The position numbers were made by a program, and so were the translations under genes. A DNA stretch of 58,564 nt, counting the filler, from Stramenopiles sp. TOSAG23-3 (taxonomy: Eukaryota), in NCBI GenBank assembly GCA_900128585.1. It is 6 parts of 6 records of this genome, joined end to end, with 100 filler letters (N's around TTAATTAATTAA, not from the genome) between each part and the next. Parts side by side here need not be neighbours in the genome. Positions count along the whole stretch, not along the records: positions 31,222 to 44,858 come from LT642618.1; 5 more parts are not named here. The stretch is one strand, 5' to 3'. The notes beneath the pieces are model-generated. The model did no database searches. It saw only the letters and a list, made by a program, of their open reading frames with translations, and was not told where the DNA came from. This document shows, one piece after another, positions 32,172-42,608 of this stretch (its first letter is position 1; every line of letters starts with the position of its first letter).

Positions 32172-34962
32172 ATGTCGAACGCCTCGTACAATTTAAAATG
32201 GCAGGAGGCCATGAACGACTTGATGGAACAAGTCCACATCGAAGACGAAACGTTGGAGATGAACGAGGAACAAAAGGTTGCGTGGGAAACCGACCTGGCG
32301 GCCGGGAAGGGGGAGGAAGCCGACGCCGTCGTGGCCTTTCAGACCTACGCGTGCTCCTACATTAAGTACATGCAAGTCTTCAAAAACTTGGAAGCGTGCT
32401 ACGACAACTTGGTGCACCCGCAGAAACGCCTCGACCTCCGCCTCGTCCTCGACGCCGTCATGACCCGGGTGGTCGAGCTCAAGCACATTCTGACGTACTG
32501 GAACAACACGGGCGGAGAGCACGGCCGAAACCCCGACGTCATCCAAGACCAGCCCTTCCCGTGGGAGTACGTCCACATGGACGACATCCTCGTCGACCTC
32601 AAGCTCCCCCCGGAGACCCTGGAAGTCCCCGTGCCGTCGTACTTCATCGAAGAGCGAGCGGACAACATGGCGAAGCGGGACAAGCTGATCGAAGGGTACA
32701 TGCAGCTCAAGCTCGGGGTCGACCAGCTACCGCTCGAGCCCAAGTCGGAAGAGATCGTCGAGATCGAGTTCAGCCTGCAGGAGGCCTTGGAAATTATCCA
32801 GCGGAACGAGCGCGGCCGCCAGGGGCGCCAGCGCGCCCTGCTGGTCAAGGAGCTGCGGGAGGAGGAGAAGCAGCGCCGAGCCTACGACACCCGAGAGATC
32901 GAGGACATGGACCCGGAGATCGCTGCCACCCACCTCCAGCGAATGTACCGAGGGTTTCAAAGCCGCAAGTCGGCCCTCCAGGACCGAGAGAACGAGCTGA
33001 TCTTTATCGGGATGCGCCCGAAAGGGAGGGAAAAGATCGACGCGCTGAAGGGCGACCTTGCAGAGTCCAAGCTCAAGCGAAAGGACGAGCAGCTGGAGAA
33101 CCGCTACGAGTTCGACGAGGGCCTGGTCAAGTACCACGAGGTCGTGCGCGACGAGGAAGGCCCCATCATGAAGGACGACATGATGGAGGAACGCCGGACG
33201 TGGTTCACGAACGAGCTGGCGATGGGGATGGACTTCCCCGAGGACCTGGAGAGGTTCTACAAGATGAAGAATCCGCCCGCCGAGGGGGAGGAGGGGGAAG
33301 GCGACGACGGGGGCGGCAAGAAGGGGAAGAAGAAAGGGAAGAAGGACAAGAAGGACAAGAAGAAGGACAAGAAGGGGAAGAAAGGGAAGAAGGGGAAGGG
33401 GGGCGGCGGCGACGAGGTGAAAGAGCTGCCCCCCCCCGCTGACCGGCCCGACCGAGCTGGGCACCATGCTCCACGCCACGTGCGTCGAGTACGAAAAGAA
33501 GTGGGCGACCTTGGACGAGGAAGACAATTTTGCGCAAAAGTACGACCCAGGGATGGTGAAAGCCATCGTGCGGCCAAAGGTGTACGAAGACATGCGCAAG
33601 GTGGTGGACACGATGCTCATCGACCAGCTGAAGAACCTTCAGACCCAGCTAGAAGGGGCGAAGAAGGCCGGAAAGAAGGGGAAGAAAGGGAAGAAGGGGA
33701 AGAAAGGGAAGAAGGGCAAGAAGGGGAAGAAGGGGAAGAAAGGGAAGAAGGGGAAGAAAGGGAAGGGGAAGGGCAAGCTGCCGGGAGAAAAGTACTGCAA
33801 AGACCTGAAGCTCGGGCAAATGATCGAGCTGTTGGTGGAGGCGCACATCATCAAGAATTGGGGGGTGCACCAAAAACGAGAGGGCCTTCCCAAGCCCAGC
33901 ATTTCCGACTTCGAGGGGTCCTTCGACTACCTGGGCCACATCAAGCTGGCGCAGCTGGACCGCCGGAGGGACAAGTTCGGGCGCTGCGTGGTTCCCGACC
34001 CGTCCTACCCCCAAATACGACAGAACTTGACCGAGTACGCGGTGCTGCCCAACGGGTCCAGGTTCGTCAAGGCGCAGACCCCCCACGTCAAGTCGGTCCT
34101 TCTCTACGGCCCGGACGGGGTGGGAAAGACCATGCTGGTCGAGGGCGTTGCGGCGAGCCTGAACGCCATCATCATTGACCTGTCCGTCGACAACGTCGCG
34201 GGAAAGTTCCAAGAGGGGAAGACGGGGCACTTGAAGCTGCTGCACTTGGCCTTTGCCGTCGCGCGAGACCCGACGATGCAGCCCGCGGTGATCTACGTCG
34301 ACGACGTCGACGAGATGTTTGCGGGGAAGAAGAAGAAGGCTACGGAGGGGCCGGAGCGTTTCAAAGCAGACTTAGGAAAATACATAAATAGCATCGAAAA
34401 GACCGACGCTGTCGTAGTGATCGGGGTCTCGAGTCTTAGAAGTGGGGACAAAGACCCCAAAAACCGTTTGTCCGGGGACAGCAAGGAAATCAACAATTTT
34501 GACCGAAAACTTTACGTCCCCGCGCCAAATTATGGCACCCGGCTGACGCTGTGGTCCCGCGAAATCAGGAAGCACTTGCAGAAGGAAATCCCAGAAGACT
34601 TTGACATCAGTTCGCTTGCCCAAATCAGCGAAGGGTACTCTGGCTCAGCAATATTGAAAGTCGTGAAGGGCGTCATCACGGCCCGTAGAGTCGAACGGTT
34701 AGATAAACGCCCACTTCGTGAAACCGAATTCATAAACGCGTTGTCCAGGCAACAGCAACTTTATGGCGAAAAAGAGCAGGCGTTTCGAAATTTTATGGCG
34801 GATTTGAACGGTCCGGTGTACAATTCATCCAAGGTCGTCATGAACCGCAACTTGTTTGGCTTGTCGAACACGATGGGTCTAAGCGCTGCCAGGGAGAAGA
34901 AGAAGAAGATGGACGCTGGTGACGATGGGGGTGACAAGAAAAAGAAAAAGAAGAAGAAGTAA
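32172..34962 (+). CDS. IQCA1: Dynein regulatory complex subunit DRC11 / IQCA1, split by an apparent +1 homopolymer frameshift at 33429-33437
   Basis: MSNASYN..W, VHPQKR, ERGRQGRQRA, an IQ-like motif and ELIFIGM lie in frame 1; the AAA domain (LLYGPDGVGKT, VIYVDDVD) lies in frame 2. Removing one C from the C9 run gives continuous ELPPPLTGPTELGTMLH. Confidence 0.9.
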
Positions 34963-35636
34963 AAAGAACTGAGACGAGAGCTGATGGAGAACCTCTCTCA
35001 CTTACATCTTTCTCATAAAATAAATATATACTCTAGCCCATAAATCTCGTATTCTTTACCATACTTTCTGCCTATTTATTTGATATTGTTATAATAAATG
35101 AAACACTGGTTGTTGTACATTGTATTATAATATTTTAAATTATTATAATATTTTAAATTGGACCTTTATTTTTCTTCTTCCTCCTCTCATTTTTTTTATT
35201 TTAGATCCGTTTTTATTTTTTTAGTTCTTCTTGCTGTGTTGCAGTATATCTAAAAGTAGGATGTCTAATTTGGTGGGGGAGTTAAGTTAGTGGTATTATA
35301 CTGCTGCAGTGTAACAAGAAGGCAGTAGTATTATATTATTATTCGCAACCACCACGACAGTGTAGTAGGTGGTAGAAGGTATAAAATAATATAATACTAT
35401 ATACAACAACAGCAGCAGCAGCAAACACCACAGCAAACTTTCATCAATAAAATAAAAAATAAGAAGAAGAACAACAAATTATATTTTTTGTTCACCTCAC
35501 AATTTCTTCACGTAACTCTTTCGTGGACACTAGTTCTCTGCACTTACCACAATTCCATGAAAGGGGTAGCGCTGAATCGTAAACTCGAATCATAAGCCAA
35601 GCGTTGCAAGGTAACATTCACATTCAGAGGAGAACC

Positions 35637-37895
35637 ATGTCTGAAGAAACTATGGCTGCTTTGGGGGGCGCCTCGGGGAGAACCAACGCGTCTGTTCCGC
35701 CAGTAATATCTCCGATCAAAAAAGGGAAAAGGCTGGGTCCCAAAAGAAGCCTGGTGAAGAAGAGCACGGACTCAAGCCGCTCAAATGGACCAATTTCACA
35801 CAGAGCACGACGGCTGGCGCACCTTGAAGAAGACAAGCCAAAGTTCTTCTTCCAATCGTTTCCCAGTCCTACCGGCGGCCCCGCAACGGTCGACGAGGAG
35901 CAAAGGCACAAAGAACTCCAAGAGCAGTTCAGAAGGCAACACAACAAAGAGATCGAAGTGCTGTGGGATGAGCAACAGGCGATTGCGAAGAAAAAGCACG
36001 AGGCAATGGCAACGAAAAAGCTTGCCCTGGACGTGTTTCGCCAGCTCCACGAGCTTGGAGAAGCGCGATACGACAACGAGCATGAGGAGATGCAGAGACT
36101 GTACCATACTGCGCCCGGTGCTGCACAAATCGATTTCGAAACATTCTATCAATGTTTGCAAGATCACTACTTTGGCAATTTAATATCCAGGCAAAAAGCA
36201 AAGAACATATTTGGGGTTGCGGACAAGGACAAAACAGGACAAATTGACTTCAAAGAGCTGCACAACGTTTACGAAAGTGCAGTCCGAACCCTAGGCGCCC
36301 CGGCACAGAAACTTACAAAAGACGAGATGAGGAAAAAGAAGGAGCAAGAGAAGATGGAAATGAATCGTACACAGAAGGCGTTGCTGGAGCTGACGAACGA
36401 CGAAATGATCTTGAGAAAAAATGCTGTCAAGCGCATGAACGAGCTAAAGTACAAAATTCAAGAAAAGATGCTTCCGAAAGTAAAGACCTCGTTGGAAAAT
36501 ACTTTGCGGGAAACCTACAACCTAGCCGACGTAAACGGGGACGGCAACCTGTCGTACGAAGAATTTGCCGATTGGCTTGGAGATGGGCCGACCGGTCTGA
36601 ACGTAGGCTTCACCAAGAACGACATTCGAGACGTTACCTTGGCATGCGACGTGGATTTAGACGGGGGCATCAGTGTGGACGAATTTATTGAATTCGTAAC
36701 GAGAAAAAATAAGCTTGACCCGCGATCCTTTCTTAACGATTCCCGAGCGGACCGCGTCGACTACATGAGATCGCTGCGCTCATCATCCTTGGAAAACATA
36801 CGAAAAAAAGCGGCGGAGGGCAACACTTCTCGGTCCGTCGACACGGACCACTCCTACAACCACCAACTCTCCACGAGGTTGTGGGACGACGATACGGACG
36901 GCTTTCTGCACCCCCTGCAATCGCCGGAAGGGAAAACATTGCCCCGTCTAAGAAGGCTGGGCCAGACGCACGAAGAAGATCTAGAAAAGCACATAGAGGA
37001 AAGAGGTAAGGTGCATGCCAGATTTTACGCTCTCAATAGCATGCCGGTCACAAAAGTTAGGGAAGACCCTGGCCGCTCGAAGAACATTAATAGTGGGCCG
37101 TCTTACACTCCCAAGCGAAGCAATATAAAACGGTCGTTCTCTTCGCCCACGCTCTCTGCTCGCTCGTCGACTTTGAGGCGTCTGAAACACCGTGGTCGAC
37201 GGCAACGCAAAAATGGCGAGACGAGTGTGGACATTGGATCCGCGGAACACCACCAGCTTCCTGGGGGCAACATAAACGCTCTCTACAGTCAAATCAACCT
37301 TGAGAACATGGCCAATGAAATGTTTACCGGGCGATGGGATGGCCGGGGGAAAGACCATAAGCCGGACTGGGTGCAACGCTTAACGTTCAACAGAGTGAAC
37401 ATGGGAGGGGACGATGGCGTTCTCCCGGGCTCCTCAATGTACCAAAAAGAAAGCGAACGTCGAAAGCACATAACGAATAAAAATGCCCGAACGACCAACC
37501 CTGCAGGGAAACTTGTGGACGATTGGACCAGGAACAAGAAACATGATGAACGTCTAAAGTTTGTGCGGCAACGAATGTACTTGCGGAAAAATCGACGGGC
37601 GACACGGACAAAAGTGAAGGGAATTGCCCACGCGCAAAAGAAAGCCGATAATAGCCGTATCTTCAATAAAACGTGCCAGCAGCTGCGGTATTTGGAAGTC
37701 TTGCAGGCCGTGGAAGACCGAGTGATAAACAACAGCTATTTGACAAAAGGGATGATTACAAGCCCCCAAGCGGCCAAGATGAAGCAAGGCTCCATCAACT
37801 TCTTTCGACCACCATCGGCGGGGGCACGCCAAAAAGATGCGTTGCAGACTGGAATTGGAACCAGGAGTGCGGCGATTGTGCATTGGTCGTATTAG
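35637..37895 (+). CDS. Multi-EF-hand protein with basic disordered C-terminus
   Basis: EF loops DKDKTGQIDFKE, DVNGDGNLSYEE and DVDLDGGISVDE. Confidence 0.8.
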   Translation: MSEETMAALGGASGRTNASVPPVISPIKKGKRLGPKRSLVKKSTDSSRSNGPISHRARRLAHLEEDKPKFFFQSFPSPTGGPATVDEEQRHKELQEQFRRQHNKEIEVLWDEQQAIAKKKHEAMATKKLALDVFRQLHELGEARYDNEHEEMQRLYHTAPGAAQIDFETFYQCLQDHYFGNLISRQKAKNIFGVADKDKTGQIDFKELHNVYESAVRTLGAPAQKLTKDEMRKKKEQEKMEMNRTQKALLELTNDEMILRKNAVKRMNELKYKIQEKMLPKVKTSLENTLRETYNLADVNGDGNLSYEEFADWLGDGPTGLNVGFTKNDIRDVTLACDVDLDGGISVDEFIEFVTRKNKLDPRSFLNDSRADRVDYMRSLRSSSLENIRKKAAEGNTSRSVDTDHSYNHQLSTRLWDDDTDGFLHPLQSPEGKTLPRLRRLGQTHEEDLEKHIEERGKVHARFYALNSMPVTKVREDPGRSKNINSGPSYTPKRSNIKRSFSSPTLSARSSTLRRLKHRGRRQRKNGETSVDIGSAEHHQLPGGNINALYSQINLENMANEMFTGRWDGRGKDHKPDWVQRLTFNRVNMGGDDGVLPGSSMYQKESERRKHITNKNARTTNPAGKLVDDWTRNKKHDERLKFVRQRMYLRKNRRATRTKVKGIAHAQKKADNSRIFNKTCQQLRYLEVLQAVEDRVINNSYLTKGMITSPQAAKMKQGSINFFRPPSAGARQKDALQTGIGTRSAAIVHWSY

Positions 37896-38402
37896 ATATA
37901 TTTTTAAGTGAAAAACAAAATCGGAAACTAAAAAAATAATTTCTATGGTATTGCCTGTGAAACACAAACTTAAATTTTTTATTTAATGCTATTCAATGTA
38001 TTATCGAAAACTAAAAAAATATTTTTTCCATGCTATTGGCTGTGCAAAAATCTGTAATTCTATAAGTCAATGCTAACAATCTCTAATTAAAAAAAATGAA
38101 GATAATAATAATATTCTTCTTCATTCTTCCTGCGATCCGGACAGAAGAAGAAGAGGAAGAAGAACACACAAATAATATATAAATATATTATTATAGAAGA
38201 AGATATTATTATAAAAAATGAGATCATAATAATAAATAAACAAAAAAAAAGAAACAGTATCTTTTTCTTTCTGGGTTGGTTAGTTGAAATGAGATGGAAC
38301 ATAGTCAAATATTTTACCACACAGCCCAGCGCCAAATATCACTGAGTGATAACGCCACGAAACAGTTAGTTGCATTGATTAGTACAGTTTATCTGCCAGA
38401 TA

Positions 38403-39404
38403 ATGCAGACAGTGTTGAAGGACCTTCAGACTAAATTTCCTGACTTTCACTTACGAGTTGGGAAACGAGGAACCTCAATACAGCGCTTGGTTGGTTCACA
38501 ATGGGTAAAAATGTGCGTAAAACATGGTTCAGATTACCATCGTTGCGGGCAATGCAAACGTCTGCGTGCGCAAGAAAGTCCTAATGTCCCTGAAATGATG
38601 TCTATTCAAAATTTGCTGCAAGAAATGAAGAGACGCTTTCCCAGCTATAATTTGAAAATCTCGTCACGCCGGATCGAAGGTGCGTATCGCATAGTGCGAA
38701 ATTATGGTAATGATCCTAAATCCTACCGCATTTGCTTGCCGCACGGAAGACTGTTCAAAAATTGCAAGCAGTGCATAGGATCTCTGCCGACATTAACTGA
38801 AGGAGAAAATGCCCCAGTTAGACGAACAGCCGTGCGCCGTCTTGTGCCGCGGAAGATCCAACAAACGTTTCGGTATATGAGGGAAGCATTTCCAAACGCA
38901 AAGTTGCGAATAGGTCCGACTGGAAAAGCTATCCAAAAAAAAATTACGGGGGGGAATCCTCTATGGGTAAAAGTGTGCGCCATGCATTGCAAGTCAATCC
39001 ATAGTTGTAAAGTGTGCAGAAGAAACGGTGATTATAGAACTCATAAGCGCCTGGAAATGGAGCCTGTGCTGCTTGGGATGAAGCGACGGTTTCCAGACTA
39101 TAATTTAAAGCTTACATCTAGATTGGTCCTGGGAGAATACCACATCGTCAGAACTTACAAGGAGGGGGGGAGGACGTATAGAGTATGCATACCACATGGG
39201 AGACTATATAAACAGTGCACAGGCCCTAATGGATGCAACCAACATGCAGACAAAGTGAGAAAGAAGCGCAATTTTGAAAAGAAGAGAAAGCGTGACGTGC
39301 AGCGGCAAAAAGTGAGGAAAAAACGACGAGTTCAAGGATTCACATTAAGCCACACCAATCATAAATCCGGCAACCAAAGAAATGAACCCTGTGATAAAAA
39401 ATAG
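38403..39404 (+). CDS. Basic protein with four repeats, each ending in a CxxH-x6-CxxC putative zinc finger
   Basis: CVKHGSDYHRCGQC, CLPHGRLFKNCKQC, CAMHCKSIHSCKVC and CIPHGRLYKQCTGPNGC, each preceded by helix-FP..L[KR]; C-terminal NLS-like KKRKR. Confidence 0.75.
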   Translation: MQTVLKDLQTKFPDFHLRVGKRGTSIQRLVGSQWVKMCVKHGSDYHRCGQCKRLRAQESPNVPEMMSIQNLLQEMKRRFPSYNLKISSRRIEGAYRIVRNYGNDPKSYRICLPHGRLFKNCKQCIGSLPTLTEGENAPVRRTAVRRLVPRKIQQTFRYMREAFPNAKLRIGPTGKAIQKKITGGNPLWVKVCAMHCKSIHSCKVCRRNGDYRTHKRLEMEPVLLGMKRRFPDYNLKLTSRLVLGEYHIVRTYKEGGRTYRVCIPHGRLYKQCTGPNGCNQHADKVRKKRNFEKKRKRDVQRQKVRKKRRVQGFTLSHTNHKSGNQRNEPCDKK

Positions 39405-39478
39405 GATTGCTACCCTCAACGATTCGTTCTTTATAATTTGTGTTTTTTAAAATTGTTTCACATAATCATTAAAACACT

Positions 39479-39590
39479 GAGTTCAGTTCGCAGTACATTA
39501 ATTTTAATTTTACTTAAATAACAGCCAATTTTCTTGTTTTTAAAACTCTTGTTGTCTAAAACGACTATCATTCTCTGGTGTACCCCTTTC
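39479..39590 (+). repeat. Intergenic repeat family, module A plus module B
   Basis: GAGTTCAGTTCGCAGTACATTAATTTTAATTTTACTTAAATAACAGCCAATTTTCTTGTTTT, then ACTATCATTCTCTGGTGTACCCC, which resembles ACTATCATTCTCAGATGTACTCC at about 12776. Confidence 0.85.
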
Positions 39591-39676
39591 GTGATCCATT
39601 TGAATTTTGTTAATTAAAAAATAAGTTCTAGAGTCTACGGTACAACGGTATGGTCGGTCCATTTATATTAATCGAT

Positions 39677-42097
39677 TCATTTGTATATATCCCCCACCAT
39701 GTAGGCCAACGTCACTGAAGAAGCGATCATCAAAAGTTGCAAAGTCACGCCGAACTTGAAGTAATCACTAAACTTGTATTTTCCTGGGGTAAAAACCATG
39801 AGATTGGTCTGGTAACTCATTGGAGTCAAAAAGCTAGAGCTCGCTCCGACTAGCAGCACCACTAAAAGCTGGCGCAGCGACACGCCCTCGACTTCATTGG
39901 CGAGTGTTGCGCAAATTGGGTACATCAAAATAACTACCGCGTTGTTCGACACTGCACATCCAACGATTGACGTAACCAACGACACGCTGAGCAGTACGCC
40001 CAATGGCCCCAGGGACCCAAATATCCCGGTCAGGCCTTGCGCAATCCAATGCGCCAGGCCTGTAACTTCGAATGCAGTTCCCACACCGAACGTGGTGACA
40101 ATTGCCAGCAAGGTACGGCCTTTGACGGCAGAAAGGGCCGTCTTTAATGTTATTGTTTTACATGCGAGCATGACGGCGCTTGCAAGCAATGCGCCTGTCA
40201 GCAGTGAGATGAACTTTAGTGCGGACAAGAGAACCATTGCAGTAAGCGAAAATCCGGCGACATACATTCGGATACGATCCATAGCTGTCCCAGTCCGTGG
40301 GGGGCGTGACCCAGGGACAGCAGTGATCAAGGTAAATTCGGAGGAAATCAAATCGAACGATCGGGGGAATACCTCCAACAGAAGCACGTTTCCGACATCT
40401 AGGGTGCGGTCTTCGCCGTTCATGTCTCTGGACAATAGCTTGGCCTGCATAGACGATGGCGCTGCGCGATCGAACACACCGTCGTCGCGGATACCAACGA
40501 GCGATGCCCCATAACGCTCAAGCATAACTTCCCCAACCTCTCCGTCAATGTCGCGCGGCAATCCCAGCACGGGCGAGTCGCGGCCAACGACTGCCTCTGC
40601 AAGATATCTACAGTTGCGCCTTCTGCCCTGAGCACGCCCAGACGAAGGCGTGGGTAATTCCGAAAGCAAACGAACTCCCTGGCGTGCCAAACTGCGTCGC
40701 AACGCCCCCATCGCCGTTGCCCGACACCGAAGGGCCAGGATGTCACCGGCACTTAACGTCGCCGTGGACAATGATTCTGGATCTTGCCCTGGTAACCCCG
40801 TTGTTGATGCTTCAATGCGAATGTCCATTGATGCTAGCCGAGTATTGTCCCCGACACCCCACCTACTTGTACCCGTCCGGCCCACCTCTGCAGTACCGTC
40901 TCCGCCCCGCAACACCTGCACCAAACACGCCCCATCTTTGGCCATGCTCAGCCCAGCCACACCCACCTCTGCCGTAGAGGACTGGCGACTCTCACCGTGC
41001 GTTTTATCGCATACAAAATAGATGAGGTAGGAGCGCGCGTTTTCGGCCATTTGGTCGCTCTCAATATCGTCTTCAATAGCCGCACCGCCGTCTGACGCTT
41101 TCATTCCCGGCGAAGGCAACAAGTATTTGGAACAGACGCTCATGTACACGATCCCAAGAAGGGCGCACGGGGCCCCAACGGGGGCAATGTCGAACAGGCC
41201 AAAAGGCTTCATTTCGGGGTTCTTCTTCGTGAGCAATCCTGCAACGACTAGGTTGGTCGATGTACCCATCATGGAGCACATGCCACCCAGCATAGACGCA
41301 AAAGAAAGGGGCATCAAAAATTTCGACGGTGAATGCCCTATTTTAGGGGCCCATGTTTCGACTACCGGGATCAACATTGCCACAATCGGCGTATTGTTCA
41401 TGAAGGCGGAGGCGACTGCCACGGGAATCAACAAACGCAGCTGTGCTACAAAGAGGCTTTTTGGCTTTCCCAAGACACGCTTCATGATCAGGCTGACAAT
41501 ACCAGTTTCGTCGACTGCCCTGGCGGTCACAAACAGGGCGCCGACGGTTAGCACGCCTTTGTTGGAAAACCCTTGCCACGCGTCATCCTCTGAAATTATC
41601 CCCTCCCCAGGGCTATCGGCCCAAGGCCATAGTAACAGCGCCAACGTGCACACGAGCATGCAAATGTCCGGCGGTTGACCGGCCATCATCAGTGCAAGCG
41701 TTGTCAAAGTCAGCCCTAGGGTAAAAAAGGCACGCCTGCTCAGGCGTGGGCTCTCGCATTCTATCTCAAAGTCGCCGCTCGTGTTGTTCCATTTCACCAT
41801 TTGTGCAAGTCCCCCGTCGGGGCACGCTGAGGATGCGAGCTGAAGACCCGCTGCGTTCGAGTCGGAGACCCACTTGGCAACCTGACTAGAATGGACACGA
41901 ATTTGATCCATCAGGTGCGGCTCAGGCGTAAGCAAAAGGCACAGAAGAATGCCTGCGATTGCCGCAACCCCCCCGATGAAAATGGTGCGCCCATGTTTAC
42001 GCCTTATTTGTTTACAGTCCTCGAGGCACTGCGTTGGCGCGTTCTCGCCTCTCTCGGAAATGAACGTGCCGTTGACACTCAGGTTCTCGAACGACAT
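39677..42097 (-). CDS. SLT: SLC13-related Na+/sulfate cotransporter (SLT/SAC1-like) with degenerate TrkA-C region
   Basis: SAFMNNTPIVAMLIP, SMLGGMCSMMGTSTNLVV, SNNAVVILMYPI and GASSSFLTPMSYQTNLMV...GKYKFSDY. Confidence 0.88.
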   Translation of the reverse strand: MSFENLSVNGTFISERGENAPTQCLEDCKQIRRKHGRTIFIGGVAAIAGILLCLLLTPEPHLMDQIRVHSSQVAKWVSDSNAAGLQLASSACPDGGLAQMVKWNNTSGDFEIECESPRLSRRAFFTLGLTLTTLALMMAGQPPDICMLVCTLALLLWPWADSPGEGIISEDDAWQGFSNKGVLTVGALFVTARAVDETGIVSLIMKRVLGKPKSLFVAQLRLLIPVAVASAFMNNTPIVAMLIPVVETWAPKIGHSPSKFLMPLSFASMLGGMCSMMGTSTNLVVAGLLTKKNPEMKPFGLFDIAPVGAPCALLGIVYMSVCSKYLLPSPGMKASDGGAAIEDDIESDQMAENARSYLIYFVCDKTHGESRQSSTAEVGVAGLSMAKDGACLVQVLRGGDGTAEVGRTGTSRWGVGDNTRLASMDIRIEASTTGLPGQDPESLSTATLSAGDILALRCRATAMGALRRSLARQGVRLLSELPTPSSGRAQGRRRNCRYLAEAVVGRDSPVLGLPRDIDGEVGEVMLERYGASLVGIRDDGVFDRAAPSSMQAKLLSRDMNGEDRTLDVGNVLLLEVFPRSFDLISSEFTLITAVPGSRPPRTGTAMDRIRMYVAGFSLTAMVLLSALKFISLLTGALLASAVMLACKTITLKTALSAVKGRTLLAIVTTFGVGTAFEVTGLAHWIAQGLTGIFGSLGPLGVLLSVSLVTSIVGCAVSNNAVVILMYPICATLANEVEGVSLRQLLVVLLVGASSSFLTPMSYQTNLMVFTPGKYKFSDYFKFGVTLQLLMIASSVTLAYMVGDIYK

Positions 42098-42608
42098 TAC
42101 AGTATCGTATATTTATATGTCTATACAACTGGTCGCGTGCTGAATTCAGTAAGTTTGTTCTCTTTCTTCCGAAAAATGAAATTGTTGATTGTCTTTTGTT
42201 TCTCACTGTATTAAATATCTGTACATAGAACAATCTACTTTATTTGAAGTTAGCACATCATACTCCTCTTCTGATTTTTTTGTGTGTAGAGTTTTTTGGC
42301 TGGTACGTTGTTATTATATTCGTGGTACCTCCTGGTATTATATTATTAATACAATACGGGCACACGGGCACCCGTACCGTACCGGTTCATTAATACCGGT
42401 ACGTACAATAATAATACCGAAGCGATAGTAGCAGAATAGGTGTGGAAGAAGAGAAGAAGAGAAGAAGAAGAGAAAGAAGAGAAGAAGAGAAAGAAGAAGT
42501 CTGTATTATATTGTGCGTTTATGTTTATTTATTTATTTGTAATCGAAGTAATAAGGCCTTTTTCTTCTATTTTTTATTTCAGTATGATATCATATTTAAA
42601 TCTAATAA

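Noticed and set aside
32396-34245. Long alternative-frame and antisense ORFs over DRC11 (also over LRRC43, SLT and 25976-27106)
   Set aside because: A by-product of very high GC3 and low-complexity K/G runs; no protein motifs.
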